The translations under genes were made by a program, and so were the position numbers. 64,000 bases of DNA, taken from positions 186,001 through 250,000 of the IMG/VR virus record IMGVR_UViG_3300031957_002643; one strand, given 5' to 3'. The notes under the pieces are model-generated. The model was not told the origin of the DNA. It made no database searches and saw nothing but the letters and a program-made list of their open reading frames with translations. Below, piece by piece: positions 9,501 through 18,570 of the stretch; within the stretch, counting starts at the first letter, position 1, and each line of letters starts with the position of its first letter.

Positions 9501-12442
9501 GTTTACAAGGATCAGACTATTATGGAAATACTGTACCGGCAGATTTCAGAACTGATCTGGACAAATATGGTTCTGAAGTAGGTCAGATCATTTTCAGTGA
9601 TGTGGATACGGCAAAAACAGTTTTCTTGAGTTCATTGAATCGAAATCTGAAGAAATACGATAAGGCACAGACATTAGGTTTCACAACTGCATTCCCGGCA
9701 GCGAGCAAATACCCAACATCATCCACCGGATATTGGGAAGAGACTCTTTATGACCTTGTTAACATCCCGCCTTCTCAGATTGTTAATTCTATATCCGAAC
9801 GTGATGCACTGATTGATTTGTTCATTGGTGATATAGTCAAAGTAAACACAAACCCATATGAAGTGTATCAGTACACATCTACAGGATGGGAGAAAGTACA
9901 AGCCGAAAATTCGTCTGCAAAAGTGAATTCCAACATTTTCACTTCACTTAGAAGTATAATGGAGCTGATCAAGGAATTCTTGTCTATCCAAGATTATAAT
10001 CGTGTTATGTTCGATATGATTTATGAGATGATGCGCCAACGCAATAATTGTAATTGGTGTTTCAAGACGAGTTATATTGATGTGATCAATACCGTCAATA
10101 CTGGCCAACCAAGCAGTACACCATTCGACGAAATGGACGTTGTTATCAAATCTGTAAATGATATGAAGCCATATCATTCAAAAATCAGACGAGCCATTGC
10201 ATCGCACGTGATCAATAATGGTGATGATGCTTTTGATTTAGCTGATATGACTGTCACGGACCAGAATTACACCAAAACCACGATTTTCACTGATAGATTA
10301 AGCTTCAATACATTTGATGACAATGCGTTTGATACGGAGCCATTCGATGTTAAAGAATTTGATTATCAGACATGGGATCGATCCGTTTTAGGTACTGATA
10401 ACTATGAAATCATTTCTACTTTCCAGAAAAATGGAAATCAGAAACGCTTCTACATTGGTAAGACCTTCCCGTACCTAGAACATTACATTACAGGAACAAA
10501 CCAAACAACTGGAAGATCAGAATTAGTCCCAATTTACAATCTTCTGTTTGACAATGAGGAATTGACGGTAGTATTCGAGACTGCACCGCCTAGTGGTGTC
10601 ACTTATCGGGTATATCGTGCGTTTGGTTATGCTTCACCGGGACTAATCACAAAAACAACTATTGATGATGATTTTGAAACTATCGATGCCACCTATCGTC
10701 ATGCCGTAGCTGTTGCGGGAGTTGGCTGGCAGGATATTGCCGGTGATGGGGTAGATGTTGATGATTTGGATGGTGGTGATGCGGACGAACGCATCAGAAG
10801 TGAAGTTTCTGATAAATCCATAATCGAAACAACGACTTACTACACCGGATTGTATGCTGGTTTTGATGCTGTGCCGCTTGATACCGCGCCATATGATACC
10901 GCACTGATGCCTACGGCAGAAACTATGTTCAGTGAAAACATCAACAATGATTATCAGTCATTGAGTTTGACCGAAACAATTAATCCTGTTCAAACAATCA
11001 CACTTGCCTCAGACACAAATAGCGGCGCAGTGTTTATGTTTACAGATGGCAGATTTACAGTTGGGCGAGTTCAAATCGATACAGGTTCAGGATATTCAGA
11101 TGTCGATTCTGCTGATTATGATGTTTTTGAAAACAATGCAATACGATTGTACCAAGCATTGTCATCTGGTGACAAGGTTAGGCTAAGAGCATCAAGAATT
11201 AATTTGAAATCAAACTTCTTCAGAATCGCCAACAATGATTTTGATGATTATGAAATTGATAATTCCGTTTTCATTATCAATGACTTACAGTACGCTAATG
11301 GTGCATCATTCGATATAGAATATTATCAGGATTCGTTGTACTCGTTGCGTGGTTCGAATGAATTATTTGGAACCAGACCAAATACAGTCGATGACATTCA
11401 GGATGATTACACACAACTCACGTCAACTACCAATTTGGTTGTCGGATACACAGTCATTAATAGAGCCGATAATAGAATTTATACTTGGGGTGGATCATCA
11501 TGGACCAGTGTTGCTGCCGGGGCTGGTTCATCATTCTGTGTAAGAAGTGAATTGCAGAGATATTACTTTGATGGTTCTGCTTGGGACGTGACGTACACGA
11601 TTGGGGATGGGACTGAAAATCTTATCTACAAATATAATGGTATTACGACAGCAAGTATCCTTGGTGGATCGGATTATGCCGTTGATTACAACTTGGCCTC
11701 ATGGAAAATCCAGCATATTTCTCCTCCAACCAACACCGACGACATAATGGGGTATTGGAATTTCAATTCCATCAAGGGGGAAGGTTATAATGGTGATATC
11801 TTCTATTGGGCTGATGCTTCCGGTAATGGAAACAATTTGATCCAATTGGATGATACCAAAACTCCAACCTATACTGAAAATAATGATCCAACGACCAATA
11901 CAGTTGATTTCACATCTGGAAAAACGTTCGTGGTCAACGATGCATCTTTAACAGGTGCATTTTCGTCCGATGGTGAACTAATTATTTCATTTTCTGTCAC
12001 TAGTGTTTCCTCGTTTACTCTTTTGAATAAAGCGAGCGAATGGGCCATCAGTATTGATACGGGTTCAGCAGGTGATTACAAAGTGATATTCACACACTTG
12101 TTTGATGGTACTAATGGTACTTGGGAAATTGAAGATACCGAACTCGCCACCGGCGACATCATAACAATAAAAATTACATATGATTCGAGTTCTGTGAATA
12201 ATAATCCAATCATCAATTTGAATGGTGTGAACAAGACATCAACTCAGACCTCAACCCCCGCTGGGACAGCAGGATCGGCAACATCTGATCTAACATTCAA
12301 TAATACTGGATCATTCAAATTAGTAAGTGTTCTAATTCTTGGTGTACCGGCAGAATATGAGAATATTATTTCAAATACTCAGATCACAACTGAGGATGGA
12401 AATACATTAAATACTGAAGACGATAACACGATTATTACATAA
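3569..12442 (+). CDS. Very large virion structural protein (baseplate wedge/hub-like) with C-terminal LamG/concanavalin-like domain
   Basis: 2957 aa. N-terminal LLPKYFQTDVNKRLL, repeated Y.WDG..W motifs, FD..PFD acidic repeats and a C-terminal W.DASGNGN beta-sandwich. Preceded by AATAAATA (3537-3544) and followed by baseplate/fibre genes. Confidence 0.7.
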   Translation: MTERRVFSLLPKYFQTDVNKRLLGATDDLVFEPEDFERIEGQIGDDTDVSESDKARSPFLPNLNPEDDRYQLAPCVVTYNKDGSVANGSFYSDLVGHILANGGITTDESRLFECEYFSFNPPIVVDHWVNFSKYFWTGDGTAADNGVYFVKEPTASQTVLYYVETDGSTTKKSVILDSSGLLGAGATYNPSGNTTGALREDCTDAERAIYRWDGSAWQIVNLYPIDDLDNLPAGINAGTYVYVARVGKEFQRPVIFHYSSKAGRWISKTPVIANVEPTNPVEGMIWEDSRTGSTRKFLIYDNESWVPLTYSHVTTMTGIGTPGEGDNVYRYSANDFSASDDPWQKESWWVHYEDFSPTDKSKYAGNQSSRPIIKFWSSIEQYNLSDAIAQYNIYGLNTKNNPLRKPLFEVYMLDDGAIAKVSTLTNTDSTPITFNGNSIFEYKVTSSNVEDEILNLKPTYDSTGELVFDLTLDSAQYYKDNALIKGYRFFKDTWTNKIHSVWTKSVDTLSYDQSSKTVPLNLSNNPNHDNITSISRSNIINHYRNIISSNSTGIPLGDNSYRWTDHDPVNGATIIDTEGSLLIPMALVQDDQYDLAESIRMMAFEYNRFMRRFHNRLKTLWNSGSYSTPDGVLSGVTATQMVDKVISAVTLFSDSSTPFWNSDMGTYVDETTSTTKPILIPPSVSRVGAGPAYAPRKYTTGSITYILCHDGTVLTAYGDDRDDVILNLENRFYAKVTAKRKLETVSESAFLDGHQFSLRNFVGNRTPDTNIDAVDDIVNDYTAVVSPAADDRYYSKTHGSYVTYNGSSWVVRKAIAGDVFLDNDENKTYIFNGFDIFELKTYNRNGSFDYSTTDYYAVIRREFERWYVDQGLDPISNSSYDSSDEWTWNYHSFGFEGNWAGLYKRVYGTDRPHVAPWEILGFTIEPEWWTDAYTADSTDSDGNKRYNASNGMWADLKTGTLIAAEGVEIPTKFLLNSDAPVPVDASGNLVDPITSGLVSLDQVLNPERDWNYGDYSPIEQQFNNSYLGPYAYALAGYLMKPARFVEFLWSDYSFTIGMDQSLFGGPITVDDETLKRPKLSDLKIHSEEENLSNPGINAWIAETLNLSRISPVAFGDMLRNTNVSLGWKTNGFIDKKSTIIKTPSGVEIPFEDVQLAVHKGLPVESKFHSGVQILKRGSKYQVYGYDYTNPFFKINYSARPSIGGRTTIEETYTSQDGITSFTLTKFKVGSENDIAKFTVLIDGFKVDSKYINITSATTFEIFDPKLSSGQQVSAQLTTTYTNPSTRSRKFSIGDTDYFYYTYRTNTIIEYPYGHQFNSPQEVVEFLADHGNYMEDQGWEYVAGDDWVDVAKRFASWSQTATNNQIFVDVPSGLELTLKSSFGHLANIEKLVYGGYSLLDIAALPIKEFDTYRFDDKVTVKTSELIFGLRANIVDYQHAVFISNKTRFNDLVYDPFTGLRQKRLEIKSLRTKEWAGRIETPGYVILDDALIPNFEKYTKDFIRYYDMHNPVSDPKFRDQAFNLYGWYYKDYMREMNINDIQALKFHKSAIREKGTRRAVSGFSVAKDNEAPLEIYECWAWKEGEFGKTPYDNPIRFSLFESDFRNRIQGVKFGTTDESNVIEVTNYDRSASHDRWVVAPRGTNFEFPMTGDIPSSDYDIRLVVLEDETVSKKMFHFDPSNGLHEPNAYSQIDIETAFDPAYYNKGTARTGEGFEWAETRVGTIWWDTTYREYADYHNTSLTIKEAAELWGSLKKFSISNTTFANSSTKLTSTVEAGHNFVVDQAIIVENKEGRRLNGVIDGVSGNSITYTLFDGPETIAILNNPILLSNLVSMTNRSIDVYEWIESKVPPSQFTSEDGDVSVYNPLDPSYTEVTRSDNSKRYYFWVTNRKTVANGKFLSIYQISNQLRDPTSNLLPWFGVLNKNSMIFNASSLETRNDLSIQVFTYPKQHEEHDQWAILVEDDNRSYVNESTVEKIIDSLQGSDYYGNTVPADFRTDLDKYGSEVGQIIFSDVDTAKTVFLSSLNRNLKKYDKAQTLGFTTAFPAASKYPTSSTGYWEETLYDLVNIPPSQIVNSISERDALIDLFIGDIVKVNTNPYEVYQYTSTGWEKVQAENSSAKVNSNIFTSLRSIMELIKEFLSIQDYNRVMFDMIYEMMRQRNNCNWCFKTSYIDVINTVNTGQPSSTPFDEMDVVIKSVNDMKPYHSKIRRAIASHVINNGDDAFDLADMTVTDQNYTKTTIFTDRLSFNTFDDNAFDTEPFDVKEFDYQTWDRSVLGTDNYEIISTFQKNGNQKRFYIGKTFPYLEHYITGTNQTTGRSELVPIYNLLFDNEELTVVFETAPPSGVTYRVYRAFGYASPGLITKTTIDDDFETIDATYRHAVAVAGVGWQDIAGDGVDVDDLDGGDADERIRSEVSDKSIIETTTYYTGLYAGFDAVPLDTAPYDTALMPTAETMFSENINNDYQSLSLTETINPVQTITLASDTNSGAVFMFTDGRFTVGRVQIDTGSGYSDVDSADYDVFENNAIRLYQALSSGDKVRLRASRINLKSNFFRIANNDFDDYEIDNSVFIINDLQYANGASFDIEYYQDSLYSLRGSNELFGTRPNTVDDIQDDYTQLTSTTNLVVGYTVINRADNRIYTWGGSSWTSVAAGAGSSFCVRSELQRYYFDGSAWDVTYTIGDGTENLIYKYNGITTASILGGSDYAVDYNLASWKIQHISPPTNTDDIMGYWNFNSIKGEGYNGDIFYWADASGNGNNLIQLDDTKTPTYTENNDPTTNTVDFTSGKTFVVNDASLTGAFSSDGELIISFSVTSVSSFTLLNKASEWAISIDTGSAGDYKVIFTHLFDGTNGTWEIEDTELATGDIITIKITYDSSSVNNNPIINLNGVNKTSTQTSTPAGTAGSATSDLTFNNTGSFKLVSVLILGVPAEYENIISNTQITTEDGNTLNTEDDNTIIT

Positions 12443-12454
12443 AGGCGAATTCAT

Positions 12455-13033
12455 ATGGCTGACATAAAAATTTCTGCATTACCATTGGCAACTTCTACAA
12501 ATGGAAGTGACGTAGTTCCTATTGTTCAAGGCGGTGCAACAAAGAAAGTACAGATTGATGATCTGATCAATCCGGTTACAGGTTGGGCTAATTATGCAGA
12601 TACACAATACACATCAGGAAGTCCTTTTCTTTTAGCGGCGGATACCGATACTGTCCTACCTAACAATGCTGGATCGGTTCTGGATACCCAAAAACCAGAT
12701 GATGTAACCACCTTTTATGATGGGTCTGTGATTACGGGAAGAAATGGTGATGGTATCTGTATTACCGTCGATATGGAGGTTATCCCGACTTCTGCCGGTA
12801 CCACTCTTTTGGAAGTTTGGTTTGATATCGGTGGCGCGGTTGGTGAGCTATATCGTCGTCCAATTTCATTCCCAAAAGGACAAGGCGTAGTCAGGCATGT
12901 TAATTTCACAGTGACCGGATACACCCTTGATACATGGGAAGCAAACGGTGCAAGTGTCTATGTTAGGGCAAATGGTACTGCAAGTATATATGGTGTTCGA
13001 TATGTCGTTACAAGAACACACAAAGCTAGGTAA
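12455..13033 (+). CDS. Tail fibre/appendage-type structural protein
   Basis: N-terminal MADIKISALP..T.....DVVPIVQGGATKK motif typical of phage fibre/appendage proteins. Confidence 0.6.
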   Translation: MADIKISALPLATSTNGSDVVPIVQGGATKKVQIDDLINPVTGWANYADTQYTSGSPFLLAADTDTVLPNNAGSVLDTQKPDDVTTFYDGSVITGRNGDGICITVDMEVIPTSAGTTLLEVWFDIGGAVGELYRRPISFPKGQGVVRHVNFTVTGYTLDTWEANGASVYVRANGTASIYGVRYVVTRTHKAR

Positions 13034-13041
13034 ATACTGAT

Positions 13042-13626
13042 ATGAAGTTTTCTGAAGATTTGAATCTAACAATTGAAGGCCATGTGCTGATCACATCTTA
13101 TTCGGATGAGAATGGTTCTGACCCTGTAATTTTGCTCAATAAGCGTAATGCTGTGCATAAAGAAAACATGAGCTTAGCAATTGCTAGATCATTATCTGGA
13201 AGTGATTCGGGACACGTTTATTCTATGCACTTCGGTACCGGTGGTGCGACTGTAGATGAGGTGGGTGCTATTTCCTACTCAGACCCTAACGTTAGTGGTT
13301 CTGCTGACCTGAACGTCCCTTCTTACTCTGAAATTGTTGATGCTACTCGTGGTGCCCCATCTGGAAACCAAACCGGCGTTAGGCACGTCAACGGAACTGT
13401 GTTTTCTGATGTTGAAATTCGGTGTGTTCTCGATAAAGGAGAACCAATTGGTCAAGCAGCATTCGATAATTTATCCGCAAACATTAACGGAACATATGTG
13501 TTCGATGAAATTGCGTTAAAAACTGATGACAACCTTCTACTAACGCATATTGTCTTCAATCCTATTGAAAAAACGGCCAATCGCGTCATCGAAGTTGTGT
13601 ATACATTACGAATTAGATTGGTCTAA
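13042..13626 (+). CDS. Baseplate/fibre-attachment structural protein
   Basis: KRNAVH.ENMS, FDEIAL and THIVFNPIEKTANR...YTLRI motifs typical of baseplate proteins; GGTAAATA 5 nt upstream. Confidence 0.65.
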   Translation: MKFSEDLNLTIEGHVLITSYSDENGSDPVILLNKRNAVHKENMSLAIARSLSGSDSGHVYSMHFGTGGATVDEVGAISYSDPNVSGSADLNVPSYSEIVDATRGAPSGNQTGVRHVNGTVFSDVEIRCVLDKGEPIGQAAFDNLSANINGTYVFDEIALKTDDNLLLTHIVFNPIEKTANRVIEVVYTLRIRLV

Positions 13627-13647
13627 ATATATTAAAGGTAACATGAA

Positions 13648-14307
13648 ATGGCAGTACAAACAGATACAGTAGTCACAAACACTAGAGCATCCACTGTTGC
13701 AACAGTCACAGCAGGTACGGTCAATACGACAGCATCGCCTATCACATTGATTGGTAAGGGATATTCTGGATATTCAAAGGCGATTGCTGAGAATTATTAT
13801 CACATTTTGGAAAATTTTGCGGACAATTCACCACCATCAAATCCAGTGGAAGGTCAGCATTGGTATGATACGTCAACCGGAATGAAATATTACAATGGTT
13901 CCTCGTGGGTTCCATTAGCTACTGGTTCTACGACTGATATTGTATTGACCAGACTCCCGACTGCAACTGGTGTTGATTTTACATCAACAGGTCAGGTCAA
14001 TATTCACACGGGTGCTGCTGGTGTCGATACCGTTGTAAGCAGCATGATCATTATCCCCTCATCCATCACGATTGGTGCTGATAATGAGGCGATTTGTTCA
14101 CTCGAAGTAGCGAACAATACCGGTGATATCATCGATAGGTTCCAGTTAGTTGGATTGGATGCATCAACCAAATTCTTCCGTGTTGATGTTTCTGGTGCAA
14201 ATAGAATTACTGCGGCCTCTGAAACCATAAAACTCAATATTATTCAAGCAGTTGCGGGTGGTGATACCCTGACCGCTGACATTTATCTACTAGGGACAAC
14301 ATTCTAA
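13648..14307 (+). CDS. Baseplate wedge-like structural protein
   Basis: LIGKGYSGY...ENYYHILENFA...P.NPVEGQHWYDT motif seen in large myovirus baseplate proteins. Confidence 0.65.
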   Translation: MAVQTDTVVTNTRASTVATVTAGTVNTTASPITLIGKGYSGYSKAIAENYYHILENFADNSPPSNPVEGQHWYDTSTGMKYYNGSSWVPLATGSTTDIVLTRLPTATGVDFTSTGQVNIHTGAAGVDTVVSSMIIIPSSITIGADNEAICSLEVANNTGDIIDRFQLVGLDASTKFFRVDVSGANRITAASETIKLNIIQAVAGGDTLTADIYLLGTTF

Positions 14308-15431
14308 TGGCTAGATTTATTCCATCAGGTCAGCTTACAGATGGTTCGCGCGGTCTTCCAATCGACAAGACTTCAAACTTGCCAACTGCTGCTGCTATTG
14401 AAATTCTGGATACACTTCCATCTGTCGCATCAACTGACAATTATCCGGGTAGAACTGTATTCCTAACGACTGCTGCTAACCTCTACATGTTTAACGATGA
14501 TCCATCTGATGAATGGATCGCGGTTAAAGAAGGCGTTGTTGAAGTTGCAGCACCAGCCCCATCTGCTTCTGATCCAGAGGGAACTCTCTATTATTCGACA
14601 GATACAGACATTCTTTACATTCGTGTGGGATCACTGTGGGTGCCGATTGCCGGTGAAAGGGGTGCCGGTGTCATTTGGAGACATTATACAGGCGATGGAG
14701 CTACAGATACGTTTGCTACCGGATCAAATCAGCAACCACCTGTAGAATTCGTTCAAGTCTATATTGATGGTGCTGTACAGCAACCCGGCTCGAATGGTGT
14801 TCGTGATTATTACATGATTGGTAATGACGTTAAGATGAACTCTGTGCCGTCCAATGGTACTGCCATTTCTGTCAGAACCCTTACCTATACCAATGTTTCT
14901 AGAAATTCTCAATTCTTTGCATTGCGCCATGTTGCCGATGGTATTGAGACCGAGTTTGATGCTGGTGGACAGCAGATGAACGCAGGTCAAGTCATGGTCA
15001 CTCTTGATGGTGTTGTTCAGGTTTGTGATACTGGTGGTGGCAACGGGACGTATGATTATAAAATTGAATCCGCAGATAATACTATTTCAAATCTAACATC
15101 ATCTGGTACCACTGCAACAGCTACTACTACTGCTGCGCACGGAAAATCAGTCAGTGATCCAATCACGATTGCTGGCGTTGCTCAATCGGAATACAATGGA
15201 ACGTTCACGATTGCTTCTGTGCCTACATCAACTTCATTCACTTATACCATGGCTTCTGATCCGGGCGTTTCACCAGCAACTACGGCTTCTGGTGATGTGA
15301 TGCGTTTTGGTCCTGTAGAGGTCAACGATAAAGTCAAATTCTATAACTCATCTGGTGTTGCTACTGCGCCGTCAAATGGACTTATCGTATACATCCAAGC
15401 AGTAGAGAATTTGATTGCATCGTTTAACTAA
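14307..15431 (+). CDS. Structural protein (baseplate/tail fibre associated)
   Basis: GDG.T..F and V.IDG.VQ.P..DY repeats plus a HG...D.ITIAG...EYNGTFTI domain. Confidence 0.6.
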   Translation: MARFIPSGQLTDGSRGLPIDKTSNLPTAAAIEILDTLPSVASTDNYPGRTVFLTTAANLYMFNDDPSDEWIAVKEGVVEVAAPAPSASDPEGTLYYSTDTDILYIRVGSLWVPIAGERGAGVIWRHYTGDGATDTFATGSNQQPPVEFVQVYIDGAVQQPGSNGVRDYYMIGNDVKMNSVPSNGTAISVRTLTYTNVSRNSQFFALRHVADGIETEFDAGGQQMNAGQVMVTLDGVVQVCDTGGGNGTYDYKIESADNTISNLTSSGTTATATTTAAHGKSVSDPITIAGVAQSEYNGTFTIASVPTSTSFTYTMASDPGVSPATTASGDVMRFGPVEVNDKVKFYNSSGVATAPSNGLIVYIQAVENLIASFN

Positions 15432-16690
15432 TGACAACTAAAGTTACCAAAGGCCTACTAGCAGACGACAGTGTTGGAACAGATCAAATCGAAGCAGGAG
15501 CGGTCGATACTTCGGAACTTGCAGATGATGCTGTTACTACTGCTAAAATCGCAGATGATCAAGTCACTCAGCCAAAAATTGGACCGGGCGCGGTTGGATC
15601 AACTGAACTTGCAGATGATGCCGTTACGGCAAACAAGTATGCTGATGCTTCAATTCCACTCGCTGCGATTCCTGATGCAACTATCACTGGTGCAAAACTA
15701 GTAAACCTTACAGTAACTTCAACTAAGATTGCAACACAAGCTATCACCACATCAAAGCTTGGACTTCAGTCTGTTGATACAACGAATTATAAAGCTGGTA
15801 GTATCAATTCAACTGCGTTGGGCGATGCTTCGGTTGTTACTGATAAATTAGATGACAATGCCGTTACCTTGGCCAAACTTCAACAGGGAACAGAAGGTTC
15901 TTTCATTACATTTGATAATTCATCAGATGCAACGCTTTTAGCGCCCGGCGCTGAAGGTGAGGTACTATCCATCCAAAATGGTGTTCCTGCATGGGGCGGA
16001 TCAACCATTCCAGTAGGAACCATTATTGATTATTTTGGACAATCTGCTCCAATTGGATGGCTTATTGCTGATGGTAGAACGATTGGTTCTGCTGCCTCTG
16101 GTGCCGACTTTTCTAGTGCAACTGCCGAAAATCTATATTATCATTTGTGGAACAATTTTACGAACTCTATTATTGCTGTTGCTGGTGGTAGGGGGGCATC
16201 TGCAAACGCGGATTGGTCCGCTGATAAGGTAATGACGCTGCCAGATTTCACAGGTCGTGTTTGTGTTATGGCGGATTTAGATACAGCAAATCCGGGTACA
16301 ACGATTACTTCGTCCACGTTCTCTAGTGGAATTTCAACTGTCGGCGCTACTGGTGGTACTGAGAAGGTAACATTGACGGAAGCGAATATCCCAGACCATA
16401 GACACCATATGTTTAGGGCGGCTACTGCAACAAACCCACTATGGGATAGTCAACCAGCAACTATTCCGACCTCAACGGTCAACCAACAAGTCACCAAATG
16501 GAATGGTAGCTTGACGGACGAAGAAAGACATCAACATTCATACCGAATGTATTACAACAACAGCTTTATTAATCCGACCGCTGGTATGACTTCTTCTCCG
16601 GTTGATACGTCAGGTGCAGCCATCTCTACTGGTACTGCTGTGAACAAAATGCAGCCGTCGATTCTTGTTGTTAAATTACTGAAATTGTAA
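15431..16690 (+). CDS. Tail fibre with tail-collar domain (short-fibre type)
   Basis: 10-aa ADDAVT.AK[IL] repeats, collar motif PVGTII..G..APIGWLIADG and LPDFTGR, tip motif GGTEKVTLTEANIPDHRH, ending MQPSILVVKLLK. Confidence 0.8.
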   Translation: MTTKVTKGLLADDSVGTDQIEAGAVDTSELADDAVTTAKIADDQVTQPKIGPGAVGSTELADDAVTANKYADASIPLAAIPDATITGAKLVNLTVTSTKIATQAITTSKLGLQSVDTTNYKAGSINSTALGDASVVTDKLDDNAVTLAKLQQGTEGSFITFDNSSDATLLAPGAEGEVLSIQNGVPAWGGSTIPVGTIIDYFGQSAPIGWLIADGRTIGSAASGADFSSATAENLYYHLWNNFTNSIIAVAGGRGASANADWSADKVMTLPDFTGRVCVMADLDTANPGTTITSSTFSSGISTVGATGGTEKVTLTEANIPDHRHHMFRAATATNPLWDSQPATIPTSTVNQQVTKWNGSLTDEERHQHSYRMYYNNSFINPTAGMTSSPVDTSGAAISTGTAVNKMQPSILVVKLLKL

Positions 16691-16719
16691 TTGACTATGT
16701 AGCTCGTTGGCCTTATATG
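16691..16719 (+). promoter_or_regulatory. Sigma70-like promoter, probably giving a leaderless transcript
   Basis: TTGACT, 16-17 nt spacer, TTATAT/TATATG; ATG 16726 lies 6-7 nt downstream. Confidence 0.5.
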
Positions 16720-16725
16720 GAAGGC

Positions 16726-17097
16726 ATGAGCTACATTCTATTTCTTGATGATGTCAGAGCCGTACCAGATTGGATCAAAAATGATCCTCTGGGCTATAAG
16801 GTATGCCGATCTGCCTATGATTTCGTGCATTGTTTGAAGGACCACGGGTGTCCGCAGCATATCGCATTCGATCATGATCTTGGTCTCGAAAGTCTTGGGA
16901 CTGGTTATGATATGGCAAAGGAATTTGGAAATGAAATCCTGAGTGGAGAATTTCTTCTCCCGGCGAAGTTTTCATATTCCGTGCATAGTGCAAATCCTGT
17001 AGGTGCAGAAAATATCCGCACCTACATGCAAAACCTAATTGCTGAATGTACTAAACGTGGTCTTATTCAGGGAACCGAGGACCAGCGTCCTTCTTAG
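16726..17097 (+). CDS. Cyclic-phosphate processing receiver-domain (cREC-type) protein
   Basis: LFLDDVR, FDHDLG, TGYD and HSANPVG motifs. Confidence 0.8.
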   Translation: MSYILFLDDVRAVPDWIKNDPLGYKVCRSAYDFVHCLKDHGCPQHIAFDHDLGLESLGTGYDMAKEFGNEILSGEFLLPAKFSYSVHSANPVGAENIRTYMQNLIAECTKRGLIQGTEDQRPS

Positions 17098-18520
17098 GTG
17101 CTGGACGAGAGCGGACAGCCTTATCTCTCTTGTCTGCACCGTTACGGTCTACTGATTTTTCTGCATTGGAACCCGGTGCAGCTTTTGGGCTGTACACGGT
17201 CGCACCCTGATCACGCTTTTTGGATGGAGCCTTCATCTTATCAACTTTTGGCTTCTTTGGCTCGTGACGCTTGGTATCCTTGTATCCAAAGCCCGCATCC
17301 TTAAAGCCTTCTGGCATGTCATCAAACGACAATGCCTTGGAAAGAAGACTATCAGCGTTTTCAGCTACGATCTTTTTCGAACCAATGTATGCGTGGTTCA
17401 AACGGGCACGTGGTCCTAGTTCTGATGCAATCTCGTCCATTGCATTATGCATTGCAACGTCTTCGTTAATTGCACGAGTAACGACATCAATGATTTCGAC
17501 ACCATGTGGTGTTTTAACATTCATGGTGATTTCGAATGGTTCCATGTGTGCTTCGTAGATTTTCTTGAAATCTGAGTAAGCCTGCTTATACGCAGGTGCA
17601 ACACACTCTTTAATCCATTCCTTCTTTGAGCGATTGTGGAATGGGATATACTGACCTTCGAGTAGTTCCATGAGACGCTTGTAGGATTCTGCGATCTTGT
17701 CTTTGTGGATTTCGTCAACATCGAGGATTTTCGAGTGGATTGCTTCTAGAAGGGATGTGACGAATTTCTTGTCGCTGTATGATTCTCGTAGACCGACCTT
17801 AACATCAATCTGAATGTCTTGTCCAACATTGGCATAGTTTTCAGCCATTCTGGAAAGCATTGAAACGGATGCTGCCTCAAATACATGAGTTCTGGAACCG
17901 ACACGAACTGTCGTAGTTCCATTGATGACGCCTTCTTTGACGGGCTTCATTGAAGCCTTTACGGCCTTCATCTGGTGTGACTGACTACACTTAATGGTAT
18001 CACCTGTTGGAACAATACCATATTCAACATTTGGTTTCGATACATTGAATGTGATTTTCTTAACGGAATCTTGTGTCAGACCTTTAAGAACAGAGCCAAT
18101 CAGTTTGTTTGTGTTGGAGTCAGATGAAGCAGACCACTTAACTGGTTCCGCTTTTGAACGCTGTACCTTGTTTGCATCAAGAAATGCGCTCTTTGAATTC
18201 TTTACAGAAACCTTTAGATCAGGAGCCTTAACCTGACCGCCTTTTTTCTGCGAATTGGATGCAGGAATGCGCTTGCTAGAAGGCGCTGCTTCTGGACCAG
18301 AATTAGCAGATGGATTTCTATTCTTCATTTTGCCGGGAAGTGATGGCTTAGTTCTTTGGCGCTTCGACATTTTGTCATATGATGGGGTTGATAGTGAACC
18401 CGATGCTGATCCCTTGATTTTCACCGGAGCAGCTTGCTCAGATTCACGTGGGTATTTCGCTTGTGGCATATCTTCCATCAAAGCTTTTGAAATTTGATTA
18501 AGGCTTAACTTCTTAGTCAT
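17063..18520 (-). CDS. Hypothetical Lys/Ser/Pro-rich protein, probably late or head-associated
   Basis: Long ORF with disordered basic termini; SD GAGG and TATAAATA (18550-18557, minus strand) upstream. Confidence 0.65.
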   Translation of the reverse strand: MTKKLSLNQISKALMEDMPQAKYPRESEQAAPVKIKGSASGSLSTPSYDKMSKRQRTKPSLPGKMKNRNPSANSGPEAAPSSKRIPASNSQKKGGQVKAPDLKVSVKNSKSAFLDANKVQRSKAEPVKWSASSDSNTNKLIGSVLKGLTQDSVKKITFNVSKPNVEYGIVPTGDTIKCSQSHQMKAVKASMKPVKEGVINGTTTVRVGSRTHVFEAASVSMLSRMAENYANVGQDIQIDVKVGLRESYSDKKFVTSLLEAIHSKILDVDEIHKDKIAESYKRLMELLEGQYIPFHNRSKKEWIKECVAPAYKQAYSDFKKIYEAHMEPFEITMNVKTPHGVEIIDVVTRAINEDVAMHNAMDEIASELGPRARLNHAYIGSKKIVAENADSLLSKALSFDDMPEGFKDAGFGYKDTKRHEPKKPKVDKMKAPSKKRDQGATVYSPKAAPGSNAEKSVDRNGADKRDKAVRSRPAPKKDAGPRFPE

Positions 18521-18570
18521 GAAAATTCCTCGACATAACAATCCTATAGTATTTATATGAAAGGGACAAA

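Noticed and set aside
15431-15900. Repeated GAACTTGCAGATGATGC sequences as a possible CRISPR or DGR repeat
   Set aside because: They encode the 10-aa repeats of the fibre shaft; no spacers, cas genes or reverse transcriptase in the window
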